The translations under genes were made by a program, and so were the position numbers. Below the pieces are notes generated by a model. The model saw nothing but the letters and a program-made list of their open reading frames with translations. It did no database searches and was not told the DNA's origin. From positions 16,704-48,703 of the forward strand of contig MTSL01000184.1 in assembly GCA_002794465.1 (NCBI GenBank): 32,000 nucleotides of DNA. The letters are read 5' to 3'. The first letter of the stretch is position 1, and every line of letters begins with the position of its first letter. The stretch comes from Paramicrosporidium saccamoebae KSL3 (taxonomy: Eukaryota; Fungi; Cryptomycota). This document shows, piece by piece, positions 9,603-20,108 of the stretch.

Positions 9603-10247
9603 ATGCCGACCGCTACTATTCCTGTGCACCACATGATTGGTAACAAACTTCCTACAGTGCATCTCCCCATTGTCGCTCCAGGTAAGCGGGTGGCAGTGTT
9701 TGCTGGTAGCTCTGCCACCTGTCCTGCCCACTATCGTGATGAAGCGCGTCGATTCGGTGCCATGCTGGCTTCCAACGGATGTGCATTGGTGTATGGCAGT
9801 GGATCGTGGGGGTTGATGGGAGAGGTGGCTTTGGGAGCTGCGGATGCACCGATAGTTGGGGTGGTCCCCGAATTTATGCTTGCAACAGCCGGTGAGCTAC
9901 ATGGTCAAACGATTGTTGTACCCAATATGGCGGAGCGTAAATATGTAATCAACGAGCTAGCCGAGGTGTTTGTTGGACTGCCTGGAGGCTTTGGAACGCT
10001 GGACGAGATGAGCGAGATGCTCACATGGAACCAAATCGGCGTCAACAATAAGCTTATCGTGTTTGTTAACATTGCCGGCTACTATGACCAGTTGGGAGCG
10101 TGGGTGGAGCGTGCCCTCTCTGACGGATTCATACGACGCGAGCAAATGCAGAATTACGTGATCGTCGACACTCCCGAAGCGGCAATCCAAGTCATCTTAA
10201 CCCGCGAGCCGCAAATTGTACCAGGAAAATTCCGTACCAAGGCCTAA
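9603..10247 (+). CDS. LOG1: LOG-family nucleotide 5'-monophosphate phosphoribohydrolase (lysine-decarboxylase-like fold)
   Basis: VAVFAGSS, LVYGSGSWGLMG, MAERK, signature LPGGFGTLDE, TWNQIG, NIAGYYDQL. The start could also be ATG 9633. Confidence 0.9.
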   Translation: MPTATIPVHHMIGNKLPTVHLPIVAPGKRVAVFAGSSATCPAHYRDEARRFGAMLASNGCALVYGSGSWGLMGEVALGAADAPIVGVVPEFMLATAGELHGQTIVVPNMAERKYVINELAEVFVGLPGGFGTLDEMSEMLTWNQIGVNNKLIVFVNIAGYYDQLGAWVERALSDGFIRREQMQNYVIVDTPEAAIQVILTREPQIVPGKFRTKA

Positions 10248-10332
10248 CTAACACACTGGTACAGTTATGATCCTAAATACTTTGTCCCTTAATGAAGGAT
10301 TAGTACTATAAATATCCCACTCTGAATAAACT

Positions 10333-11970
10333 TTATTTGTGAATTCGACGTTGACGTTCCTTAATAATGCGGTCCATGCCCTTTGTACGTTTAAAGGACG
10401 GGTTGGAAGGATCCAGAGCAAAGGCAGGCTCTTCATAGACTGCCTTGAAACGTTCATCATCCACACTGACAGTGACATCCTTTCTATCCTCGTCGTCAGT
10501 GGCGTCTCCATCCACCAATAGTTCAAGACTGGCATCTGGGGCGTGTTTCCGTTTCTTGTCTTTTGACTTGGGTTCTTTCTGTCCCTTTCGCTCCTTGTTG
10601 GCATCTTTGCGAGCTTTGCGACGCGCCATGTACTTGTCGTAGGGAGTCATGTCGGTATTCTCCTTGTCAGCTTCCTCTGTAAAGGTAGCCTCCATGTGCA
10701 CATCGTCTTCATTATCGGGCTTGAGCGCCGAAGTAAAGGTGATTTGCAATTCATCGCCGTCTTCTTGTTTCTTTCCAAAAACGTTAGAGTCTCCCCCCGA
10801 GAGGAGGAGCTGACGATACTTGTCGGCATCATCTTCCTCATCCTCGTCGGTAGAGGCCAGATATGCACGTAAATCGGCCTCCTCCTGGTCCATCTTTGGC
10901 CTACCTGTGACTCTTGTGCGCTCGCAGTCATCAGCATCCCAAGTCAGCTCCACTTTGCTCATCTGTAGAGCTGCCGTCACCAGATTGGGCTTGGCGTGGT
11001 AGTTCTTTGGCAATTCTATGCAATGGTCCTTTGCAACTCCGTCAAAAGTGGTCGTGTCGGGAATGTAGCGCAAATCAATGAAATTTGCACTTTTTTCAAA
11101 CTCTGTCCCATCGCAGTTTCGATAAATGTGTGCTGCCGTCACTGCCGAATCACATTCAATCACAGCATAATAATAGCGGAGACGTTCTAGCTGGTATTTT
11201 CGCAGGGCAACCGAATCAAAATCCTCCTCTTCTTCTTGAGGAAAGTCTGCGTCCGAATCATCTGATGCCGAGTCCTCGGCCAAGTCTTCTTCCACCTTGG
11301 CCTTTTCAAACAGTTCACGAGGAGGACCTTCGAGAGCCTCACGCTGCATCCGTTCCTTGCCAAATTCACTCGGCCAAATAGTAACCGAGTTGATTGTCCC
11401 TGTGGCAGGTTTGAATCCATGCAAAAGAGTGTAAATGTCATCAGCGCGAATCTGATCCCAATCTATATTCACTAATGCGAGCCTGTGAGTCGCCTCTCCT
11501 GTGGGAATATCCTGTGCAACCAAGGGATGGTTGGACAAGACTGTATCCATGACATGATCAGACTCTGTGTCCGTATCGGTGCTCGAGTCTGTATCGGTGC
11601 TCGAGTCTGTATCGGTGCTCGAGTCTGCATCAGTGCCCAAGTCTGCATCCGTGTTCGAGTCTGTATCAGTGCTCAAGTCTTGGTCTGTATCCACACTCTC
11701 TATACCCTCTACACTCTCTACACTGTCCTCATCCTCATCCTCATCAACACCAACATTTTCCACACTCTCAGTGGCTGCTGCCTCGTCGAGACGGTAGAAA
11801 CGTTCGAGATCCTTACGCTCCCGGTCCGCTACCACTTTGCGGCCATATTTGTCCACCTTGACCGGCTTCACAAATTCCTCATCCTCAAACATCGCCTTGA
11901 ACCGGCCATCCACAGTCACCTGTGTCGCTTTTTTGCCAGCACGACGGAACCGCGGATCCACTTTGGTCAT
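10333..11970 (-). CDS. ESF1: Pre-rRNA processing protein Esf1 (545 aa)
   Basis: VDPRF, KVDKYGR, THRLALVNIDWDQIRADD, LRKYQLERLRYYYAVIEC, EFEKSANFIDLRYIPD, NUC153-type DERFKAVYEEPAFALDPSNPSFK. Confidence 0.95.
   Translation of the reverse strand: MTKVDPRFRRAGKKATQVTVDGRFKAMFEDEEFVKPVKVDKYGRKVVADRERKDLERFYRLDEAAATESVENVGVDEDEDEDSVESVEGIESVDTDQDLSTDTDSNTDADLGTDADSSTDTDSSTDTDSSTDTDTESDHVMDTVLSNHPLVAQDIPTGEATHRLALVNIDWDQIRADDIYTLLHGFKPATGTINSVTIWPSEFGKERMQREALEGPPRELFEKAKVEEDLAEDSASDDSDADFPQEEEEDFDSVALRKYQLERLRYYYAVIECDSAVTAAHIYRNCDGTEFEKSANFIDLRYIPDTTTFDGVAKDHCIELPKNYHAKPNLVTAALQMSKVELTWDADDCERTRVTGRPKMDQEEADLRAYLASTDEDEEDDADKYRQLLLSGGDSNVFGKKQEDGDELQITFTSALKPDNEDDVHMEATFTEEADKENTDMTPYDKYMARRKARKDANKERKGQKEPKSKDKKRKHAPDASLELLVDGDATDDEDRKDVTVSVDDERFKAVYEEPAFALDPSNPSFKRTKGMDRIIKERQRRIHK
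11573..11680. repeat. Coding minisatellite 6 x 18 nt in ESF1 (DSSTDT-type acidic hexapeptides)
   Basis: GTATCGGTGCTCGAGTCT x3 exact, then 3 degenerate units. Confidence 0.9.
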
Positions 11971-11985
11971 ACCCCGGTCGCGGAG

Positions 11986-12306
11986 ATGGAGCGGGTTGAC
12001 AAGTTACTGTATGGCTCACTGGCTGGTCTGGTATTAGGAGTGGGATGGACAACACGGATCCAGAGAAATGCACCACTAATCGCGAGAATGTCGACCTGGG
12101 GACTGGCAGGACGTGCACTGGTCATCTCGAGCATTATCAGTGTCAGTTCATTTGGTGTGGCAACGGCAGCGCTGGCAAAGTATCTGCAGGTGGGCTCCAT
12201 TAAGGAATTTGGAGCATACATGACCAAACACTTGGAGGGTTTGGCTCCAAAGACAGACCAGAGTGAAAAATACGTAGAATTTTTAATGTCTGAAGCAAAG
12301 AAATAA
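11986..12306 (+). CDS. Small membrane protein, TMEM242/Aim11 (DUF1358)-like, 106 aa
   Basis: Two hydrophobic segments. GLAGRALVISS...LQVGSIKEFGAYM resembles LALRAL...GVxSxxEF..KM of TMEM242/Aim11. Real start is ATG 11986; the ORF extension to 11485 is just ESF1 antisense. Confidence 0.6.
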   Translation: MERVDKLLYGSLAGLVLGVGWTTRIQRNAPLIARMSTWGLAGRALVISSIISVSSFGVATAALAKYLQVGSIKEFGAYMTKHLEGLAPKTDQSEKYVEFLMSEAKK

Positions 12307-12449
12307 ACCGTACCGTGCTACTGGATTTAGCTAAAGGACGCAGTTAAGAGGATGTAGTACAACAAAACACGTTGCGTCATTTAAACGAGTCATATTTAAA
12401 TGCACACGGTAGCAGTTTTAAGATACCCATTCAATCAATATTATTTAAT

Positions 12450-15400
12450 TCAAACATCAAAGGTGTCTGATTTCTCTTGTAGCGATAATCTCCGCATATC
12501 TGGCACTGCAACAGATGAATGTTCTTCTGACCTCCTCCGTCCCGTGTCCCAATGTTCTGTATCTGTCGCGCCTTGGTCTTGGTTATCTTTTGTGCTTTGG
12601 TCTTTATACTCGGCTGTGCTTTGATCATGGTGGCTTTTCATGTCATCTGCCATTTCATTTGTCGTGTCGCCCTGCGCTCTCTCTTCCACATCACTCCGAG
12701 CCGCCTCTACATCACTCCGAGTCGTCTTTACATCACCCCGAGCCGTCTCTATACCACCCCGAGTCGTCTCTCCCATCGTGACATTCTTTTTCGTTTCAAC
12801 CGGCATCTTGGCCGTGGCCACGTGGATAATCGACTCTTTAAAGTTTGGCATCACCGGATCCAACAGTCTCCACGTCTCATCCCATAGTGTCGATTTTTCA
12901 TCGGGACCCGACGGCCTTAGATAACCGGCTGCAGCCATTACCATCAGCATATTCTTAATGGTCTCAGGAATGGATTCCTTTAACAAATCACCGCGTCCTC
13001 GAAGAAAGGTCAACATGTGTGTCAGGAGAGTCGTCATTAGGGTGGTCGTAGTCATCAGTGTGGTCGTGGTGCCCTCATAATTACAATCAGCCTGTGGCTC
13101 TGCAAAGAGGACAGACAGATTGGACAACAAAATTCGCGTTACCACCGACGTTGATCGTACCTGCAATTCTTCCAACCCCTCCAAGGTGCGCAACTCTGGT
13201 CGTTGTAATTCTTCCAGTAGAGGGAACAAGACCAGTTGGAATTCTTCATACAATGTTTCCACACCTTGCATCCCAAAGTCCACCCCCAGAATAATCCTTT
13301 GCAGCAACGGCAGGGCCTGTTGACGGATCTCCCTAATCGGGTGGTAACATTGCTGTGCCACGGCACAATGCACCGGAATGATATAATCAGGCCACACCCG
13401 ATCCAGGGGGATGGTGTTGGAGACGGCAAGGCGTCTCACGTTGGCCTCTAACAGAGCAAATTTGCCAAGGGCCTGGCCAGCAAGTTCGACAGGCGAGGGC
13501 ACAATGTCTCCAGAAGCCGACAATGGAGAAGAGGGCAGCGGAGCAGCAGTGGAAGAGGCCACAAAACCGCTCAGCAAATCAACATATTCAGAGTAAAATT
13601 CGAGGGGGAAGAGCAAATCATTTTCGCGTACAATGGTGGTCAAAAGACCAAAGGAATAAGGTCCACAGGAACGAGAACGACCAGCCAGAGCGAGGACTGT
13701 AAAGTAATGGGGCCAAATGGCAGTACCGTGGAGAATAGGCGGATCGAGTTCGACAATGCGCAGAACAATTGACAGTGCGGGTTCAGCGAGATGTTGGAAG
13801 GACTCGGGGGGCACATAACACAACAGTTGGAAGAACTGCACCACCTCCTTCTGCATCTCTGGTCGATCGGCAAAACGCAGCGATAGTCGTCCCAACCCGA
13901 GAATAACGTGTTCTCGGATAGCCACGGGAACGCTCAAATCTTTGGCCAACTCGGAGAAGCGCGTAAAAAGGACAGTCCAGAAGACGGACATGCGATCACG
14001 ATTAATCCAGGCGGTGTGTACCACCAGATCAACCAAAAACACCAACGTCTCCACTTCCCAACCCAATGGGCGTGTAACCACTAATTGTTCGGCCATGGCT
14101 GCAATCAACTGCTTCAAGGAGGCCTCTGGTAGGAAACGCGAGTCACGCAAAATCTCCTCCAACTTGCAGGTGCGCACAAACTCAGTGGCGCGATCGCGAG
14201 TCTCCACATCCACCCCCGACGCATCTCCTGGACTTGACACCAAATATTGAGATAGGGCTGAAAAGAGCCCCGACTCGTTACGATCGCTCCGGGGCGAATT
14301 AGCTGTGGACCGAGATATCACCCCTGACAGACCGCCTGCCTCTACTTCAAATGTCGCCAATGTGACAATTGACGATTGTACCAACAACAACACGTGGCGT
14401 ACAAAGGATCGCCAGGCCTCAGCCAGCTGGGAGCCATGGAGACGATACAGATCAAAGTAACATTTAACCAGCGTTCGGAATAGCTCAGATCGTGCCAAAT
14501 ATCGGGGTAACTGATTCCCTGCAGGATTTGATGCAATCTCGGAAAACGCCAAACATTCCACCAACACTGCAGAGAGCTCATCCAAATGCGTCGCATCCAG
14601 GAAGCGGCCCGACAAATTTCCCAGTTCAAATAGCCCCCTCACTGCCAATCGTGATCCCGTATCGCTCTTTGGCGATAAAATCACTAGTAATTAGCATAAA
14701 ACCCATAGTGTTACAGGAGCGGAAACAGGTCAGAAGTGGACCCCACAATAGTTTCATAACATCAGATACATAGCCGTCCAGTAGAAACACGGGCGGTACT
14801 TCGGAAGAGGGATACTTTTTCAATTGCTCATTCCAGGTGTAATGAAAGGCCGTCTCGCCGGCTTGCTCTTCAGGTAGAACAATTTCTTTGCTTTGGATAG
14901 CATGAAAAATGCGGCGCAGGAAAACTTCGTCAAAGCTGGCTCCGTCATTGATACCGCGATTGTTGCGGATAAAGTCGTCCACAGTCATCCGGTGTCGGAC
15001 CTGCTTGTTGTGCTGATCCGTGTTCAACATGATAATGCTATAGGTAAGCACAAAGACTGCGTCTTCACTGCGAAAGATGGCGTCGGTTTGTGCGCGATAG
15101 TACACCTGAGCCAGTGCCTCCATGATGCGACTGATCTGTTGTGACTCCCCAGGTAAACGGAAACTTTCCAACACCACCCGCAATGCCTCGTCAATTTGCA
15201 GTCCCGATAAATTAAAATCGGCCAGAAACTCGTTCAATAAATCCAAATTGGCTGGTTTGGAGACAATTTCACCAATGACGCGCTTGTCCAGTCCAGCAGT
15301 GCGACGCAGATACTGTGCTGTCTCTTTTGGAGTAGCCGGTGTGCTAGTCAGACCATTTTCTTCCAGAAAGGCAAATGCATCTTTTGGGTTCTGATTGAAC

Positions 15401-16944
15401 AGCTCTGCTGAATGACGCATCAGTAGCTTTAACTTGCGGTCGGTGCACAGTCTTTCTGGATCTGGAGTGCATTCTGCCACTGTACCAGCTCCATCTAGGG
15501 CCTGTAGAACCATAATGATAACTTCCAAGGCAAAGAAATAGTCTTGGCCCGCATTCTGTTTCGGTTCCAGTTGCACTGTGGCCACCAAACCAGCGACAAA
15601 TTCCGTCAGCGTATAACCAAACCGTGGATTGCACTCGTATAGGACGTACATGTCTGCCAAAAAGGTCGGATCCAGACAGAAATGCGCCAAAATGTCCAAA
15701 TAGTATTCCCGTGAAACACGTGGCTGCTTCCCAGGAGGCGGCTTATGGATCAGCAATGTCACCAATGTGTAAATGAACAGCTCAGTTGCAGCCAATAAAC
15801 GACGTCGGAACCGTCCAAAGACGGCCAATACTGCCTCGTGCAGAGTGGTCGTCAGCAGAGGCGACTCGTTCAATAGCAGTTGCACCAACACCCTTGTTAG
15901 TCTGGTGGAAATCAAATCCCAAACCAGACCTAAGGACGGCAGTTGCTCCTGATTTTTCTCCACAAAGTCAGTCAGCACTAATAGACAAAGAGACCGCATC
16001 CGATCCGTATTTCGACTCTCTCCGACCTCCAACAGGCGGATCAGATGCGCAAGTAATTCCATCACCAACGCCATCGAATAGGGCGCAACTGTCTCTATCG
16101 GCGTCTCTGCCACCATAATGTCCTGAATTTCCGTGTCACCAAGACTGGATATAGGGCTCTTTGCCGACAAGGGCGGTCGTAATTCCGTTTCGGCCGTCTC
16201 CCCACGCTCATTGGACTTTTCCAATGACTTTTCCTTCTCAAGTTCGGCTTCCAATGCGGCCAATGCGGGTGGTAACGGCTCCGGATCATCAGCTCGTGTC
16301 CCAGGATAGGAAATTTTCAGTGCTCCCATCATCGGCATAGCCATGGTAAAACCTTCATCCCGTACCCTTTCCAGCAAAATCGCACAAAGCTCCATACATG
16401 CCACCTCGGTCTGGCGTCGGAACAGCTCTCCAATCCGCGGCATAACGCACATGGAGAATGCCAATTCTACCACTGCACAAACCTCCGCATCACCCAGCAT
16501 TCGACCCAGCGGGGAGCGCATGGCAAGCAGAACAAAGTCGAGTAATCGTTGCAACGTCGTTTCATCACCACTAAGTTCGCCTACATCCACCCGACACTGC
16601 ACAATCATCATGACCAATCGTCGAAACTCCAAAATTGTCTCCTCCTCTGCAAACAGAGCGAAAAAGTCTCTTCGAAACAGACGCGTCACGCATGACAGAG
16701 CGCCTCCCAATATAAGACAGCTGCACTCGGGGGTGGCAAAGACGGCCCGGAATGGGGCTAAACATGCATTCAGACTGGGCACGTGGGTTGACCGTAGCTG
16801 TCTTCGTAGCGTGCTGAACAGGTGCGTCGTCTCTGCCAATTTGTTGTCATCACTAAAAAACCGCACTCCTGTTCCTTGTCGTTTAATAACCTGCAACATG
16901 TGGAATAGCTCCGGCTGGAGCAGTACTGCAATACTGCGTTCCAT
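12450..16944 (-). CDS. GEA2: Large Sec7-domain ARF guanine-nucleotide exchange factor, GBF1/Gea type (1487 aa, 1 intron)
   Basis: Sec7 domain with glutamic finger FRLPGESQQISR and YSIIMLNTDQHN, upstream DCB/HUS-like helical region, HDS region QCYHPIREIRQQAL. The 31-nt intron 14714-14684 joins the two ORFs in frame. Confidence 0.9.
12688..12771. repeat. Coding minisatellite 4 x 21 nt in the GBF1/GEA C-terminal tail
   Basis: ACATCACTCCGAGCCGCCTCT-like units encoding (T/A)R(G/S)(D/G)(V/I)(E/K)x heptads. Confidence 0.85.
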
Positions 16945-17245
16945 AATAATACGAATAATCTATTAAATTAACTTTTTGAGAGGGGTGAGAATTCTTACGA
17001 CATGAGTGGAATGTTGTTATGAGGATTATTAGGGTTATGAGAGCTATAGAATCTATGAAAATTACGTGAGCTATGTAAAGTCTTGCGAGCTTTTGCTTCC
17101 AATAAAGGACATTACCTCTGAACAGCTCCTCTGATCAACACCTCTAATCAACGGTTAGTGTCCCAATCATAATCTCCATGTTTTAACTACACCCCCCCCG
17201 TGCCATACCATAGTACATCACACTGTATAAAATATAAAAATCTTG

Positions 17246-19783
17246 TTAATCTAGGGCGGTGCCAATAGAATTCCCACATTGCACCAGCGTTTCCAAGTGT
17301 TCCAAACTATTGGAAATCAGATCGGCATCAAAGACCACCGTGTTTGGGGGAAAGAGAACCACAATGGTCGATCCACCAAAGGCAAAATATCCCAACTCGT
17401 CCATGCGGGCAATATGCGCGCCGCCCGTGGCCGTAATGATGATGGAACCAACCATCATGGCGCCAATGGCAACAAATGCGACCTTTCCGTAATGTGTCGT
17501 CTCCAGCAATGCCACCGTACGAGCATTTTCAGTGTAGACATCAATACGCTGACGCACGGCCATGGGATTTACAGTGAAATATGTCCCGGGGATGTGATAG
17601 TACAATGACAATTCTCCATCCACCGGACTATGGAACCGATGATAGTCTTGGGGCGCCAGTCGACACACCATCACTGCCCCTCCCACATAATACTCAGCTA
17701 ATCGCTCGTCTTTCAATAGAGAGGCAATGCTAAAATTGGCGCCTTTAATCCATAATCGCGTGGCCTGATCAATCGTTGCAAAACAGTTCAATCGACAGTC
17801 AGCCGGTGACACACAAATGCGCGGATCTGGTGACGCCACCGTCCTTGCACCGGGCTTCAGTTTCCGGTAAAAGAACTCATTAAAGGTACGGAAAGAGGAA
17901 AGTGGTTGAAGGATCTCGTCCACATTCAACTTGTGATAGCGGATAAATTCGGGAATGTTCTTGACACTGCCTGGATCATCAAATTTACGGCCCTGTTTCA
18001 GCGTCAGCGTCTGGAAGATTTGTCGCACCATGTAAGAGTCAACAGCCCGATTAGACGCTCCGTATTGATGCATCCAACGGATCCCCAGCCGAATGTATGT
18101 CGGCATGCGTTCTTCTAGCAGCTTTCCTGTCCGTCTATCCTGCACCAAAATGTTGCCATTGTTCTTGCCTATCCGGTAGCCCCCAAAGCTCATAAAGGAC
18201 AACAGTTTCATGAACCATTTCCGTGACGCATAATCTTCTGTAATAAAGCCACCCATCACAAAGCGATCCAACTTGCCCGAATCCTTGGCTGCACAAATGG
18301 CCAAATGTGTAATTACATCAATGTCCTCCCGTTGACCCGCCGCAAAGTGTCGGTTGCAGATGGGACACGTCCGCACCAGCACAATATTCTCCTCTTCATG
18401 TTCTGGCAGACGCGCCTTTACTGTCAGCGCCTCCAATGCGGACACTATGTTTCCAATCTCAATTTCGCCCTCCATGTCCACATCCAATTTCTTTATAATC
18501 ACATCCAGCGTGTCTTCAGACAGCGTACTTCCAATCGACTCTAACATTGTCGTCAGCTCAATCCGATTCAACTTTCCATTATCGTCATGGTCATATTGTT
18601 TGGCCAGCACCTCCCAAAAGTTCTTCCGCAGCACGTCATAAGAGATGAAACACGCCTTTACCAGTAGACAACTGTCATTGAATGCATTTGGCGTCGCCAG
18701 TCGGAGCGTCAGGGCCAGCTTTTGAATTTCATTTGGTCGATCCAGCAGCGACGACGCCTTGATGTTTGTGCTGCCCAAACACACGTTATAGCTCAACTTG
18801 TCATAATCATAGACCGAAAAGGTAATGTAATAGGAGGCCTCGGATTCTTTCACGGTAAAGAATAGGCGTTCCTTCCACACGGGATTCACTGTCCGCTTGA
18901 CAACTTTGGTTTTAAACGACTGTTTCCCAAAACTAATGACCACAAAAGGATTGTTTTGGTAATGCACTCGCAGCGTGCGTTTCTGCCTCGGCAGGTTCTG
19001 TGCCGTCACAATTTCCAAGGACACCAAGCCTTTGACGTCCATGGGCGACGGCAGGCGGTCAACAGACACTGTCGAGCCAATGTCTATGTCATCCTCACTC
19101 CTCCCCATGCCCTCCCTCTCCGCCACAATTAGTGTGCTCATCTTGTCTGTTCGCAGCACCGTCACCGGACTGCCTGCCAGCGTAAACTTTTCCAAAAAAT
19201 CCATTCGATGACTTCCCTCTGGCTCTGGTAGCGACCCTAAACATTAATCCAAAAAAGGAAGGTACCCGCACTGGATGAATGATCCAGATTGTAGGTGGGG
19301 GTGGTTTGGACTTCCTCCGAGATGGTGGTGCATAGGGAGGGACAGGGCGACGGTTGGATGGACCGACCCTTTGAATCGAGCTTCTCCACGCGGATGAGCA
19401 GCGTGGCGGCAATAATATCGCCCCCACGGAGCAGCTCAACAATCAGATGATTGTCCATGGTGGACACCAAAAAGGATATGGGGATCTCTGCTTCTCCAAT
19501 AAGAACTCGCTCCTCCGAATTGGGTTTGCTTCGAAACAGCTCCACCAGCAGTAAATGATGACCGTCGCGCACAAAAAACTCGGGCTGGCGGGTAGGCGCT
19601 GTGGTGTGCAACTCTACAAAGGCGCTCTGGTCACGGTCCAAATAGAACCAGATTGCATAACGCGGGTCATCAGTGTTGGGTGTGTAGAGTTCCTGTCGTT
19701 CATTCCGCTCAGTCACTGTCAATGCTACACAATTACCAGCACTGTCAAGACGACCAACCGTCAATGCGCAAAAGAACACCCAT
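17246..19783 (-). CDS. PSD2: Phosphatidylserine decarboxylase proenzyme 2 (C2-C2-EF-hand-PSD; 824 aa, 2 introns)
   Basis: Exons 19783-19759, 19724-19266 and 19236-17246 (introns 34 and 29 nt) splice in frame. C2 domains, EF-hand DHDDNGKLNRIE, FNEFFYRKLK, CRLAPQDYHRFH, autocleavage site FAFGGST. Confidence 0.95.
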
Positions 19784-19847
19784 TAACCGTTTCCTATTGG
19801 CTTGCTCGTTTGCACATTTCCCCTTTGGGTTGCTTATGAGGGTATTA

Positions 19848-19889
19848 AAAGAGCTTTGAAAGAGTTTTGAAAGAATTTGAAGAATTTTT
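19848..19889. repeat. Short degenerate 10-11-nt tandem repeat upstream of PSD2
   Basis: AAAGAGCTTTG AAAGAGTTTTG AAAGAATTTG AAGAATTTTT. Confidence 0.6.
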
Positions 19890-20108
19890 TAGATTTAGTA
19901 AGAATAGCATCTGTGGAAATCATAAATAGGTGATTTACCGTTGGCGATTTGACATTATAAAGTGACTAGATACAAGACAACTTTGAGCAATAGCTCAATC
20001 TACAACCTGTGGATAGCAGCTCAAGGCCAGTAATAGCTTTTCAGCAGGTTGCACACACGACGTAATGTTTATTTCTCAACAAGTCAACAACTTGACAATT
20101 CTACAAAA

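Noticed and set aside
11485-11985. Long plus-strand ORF extension with CIGARV repeats
   Set aside because: Antisense shadow of the ESF1 18-nt repeat; the real plus-strand gene starts at 11986.
17029-17037. TTAGGGTTA as an interstitial telomere remnant
   Set aside because: Only 1.5 repeat units; expected by chance in 32 kb.
19237-19779. Separate 180-aa orphan gene upstream of PSD2
   Set aside because: It splices in frame (introns 19758-19725 and 19265-19237) to form the first C2 domain of Psd2, the normal architecture.
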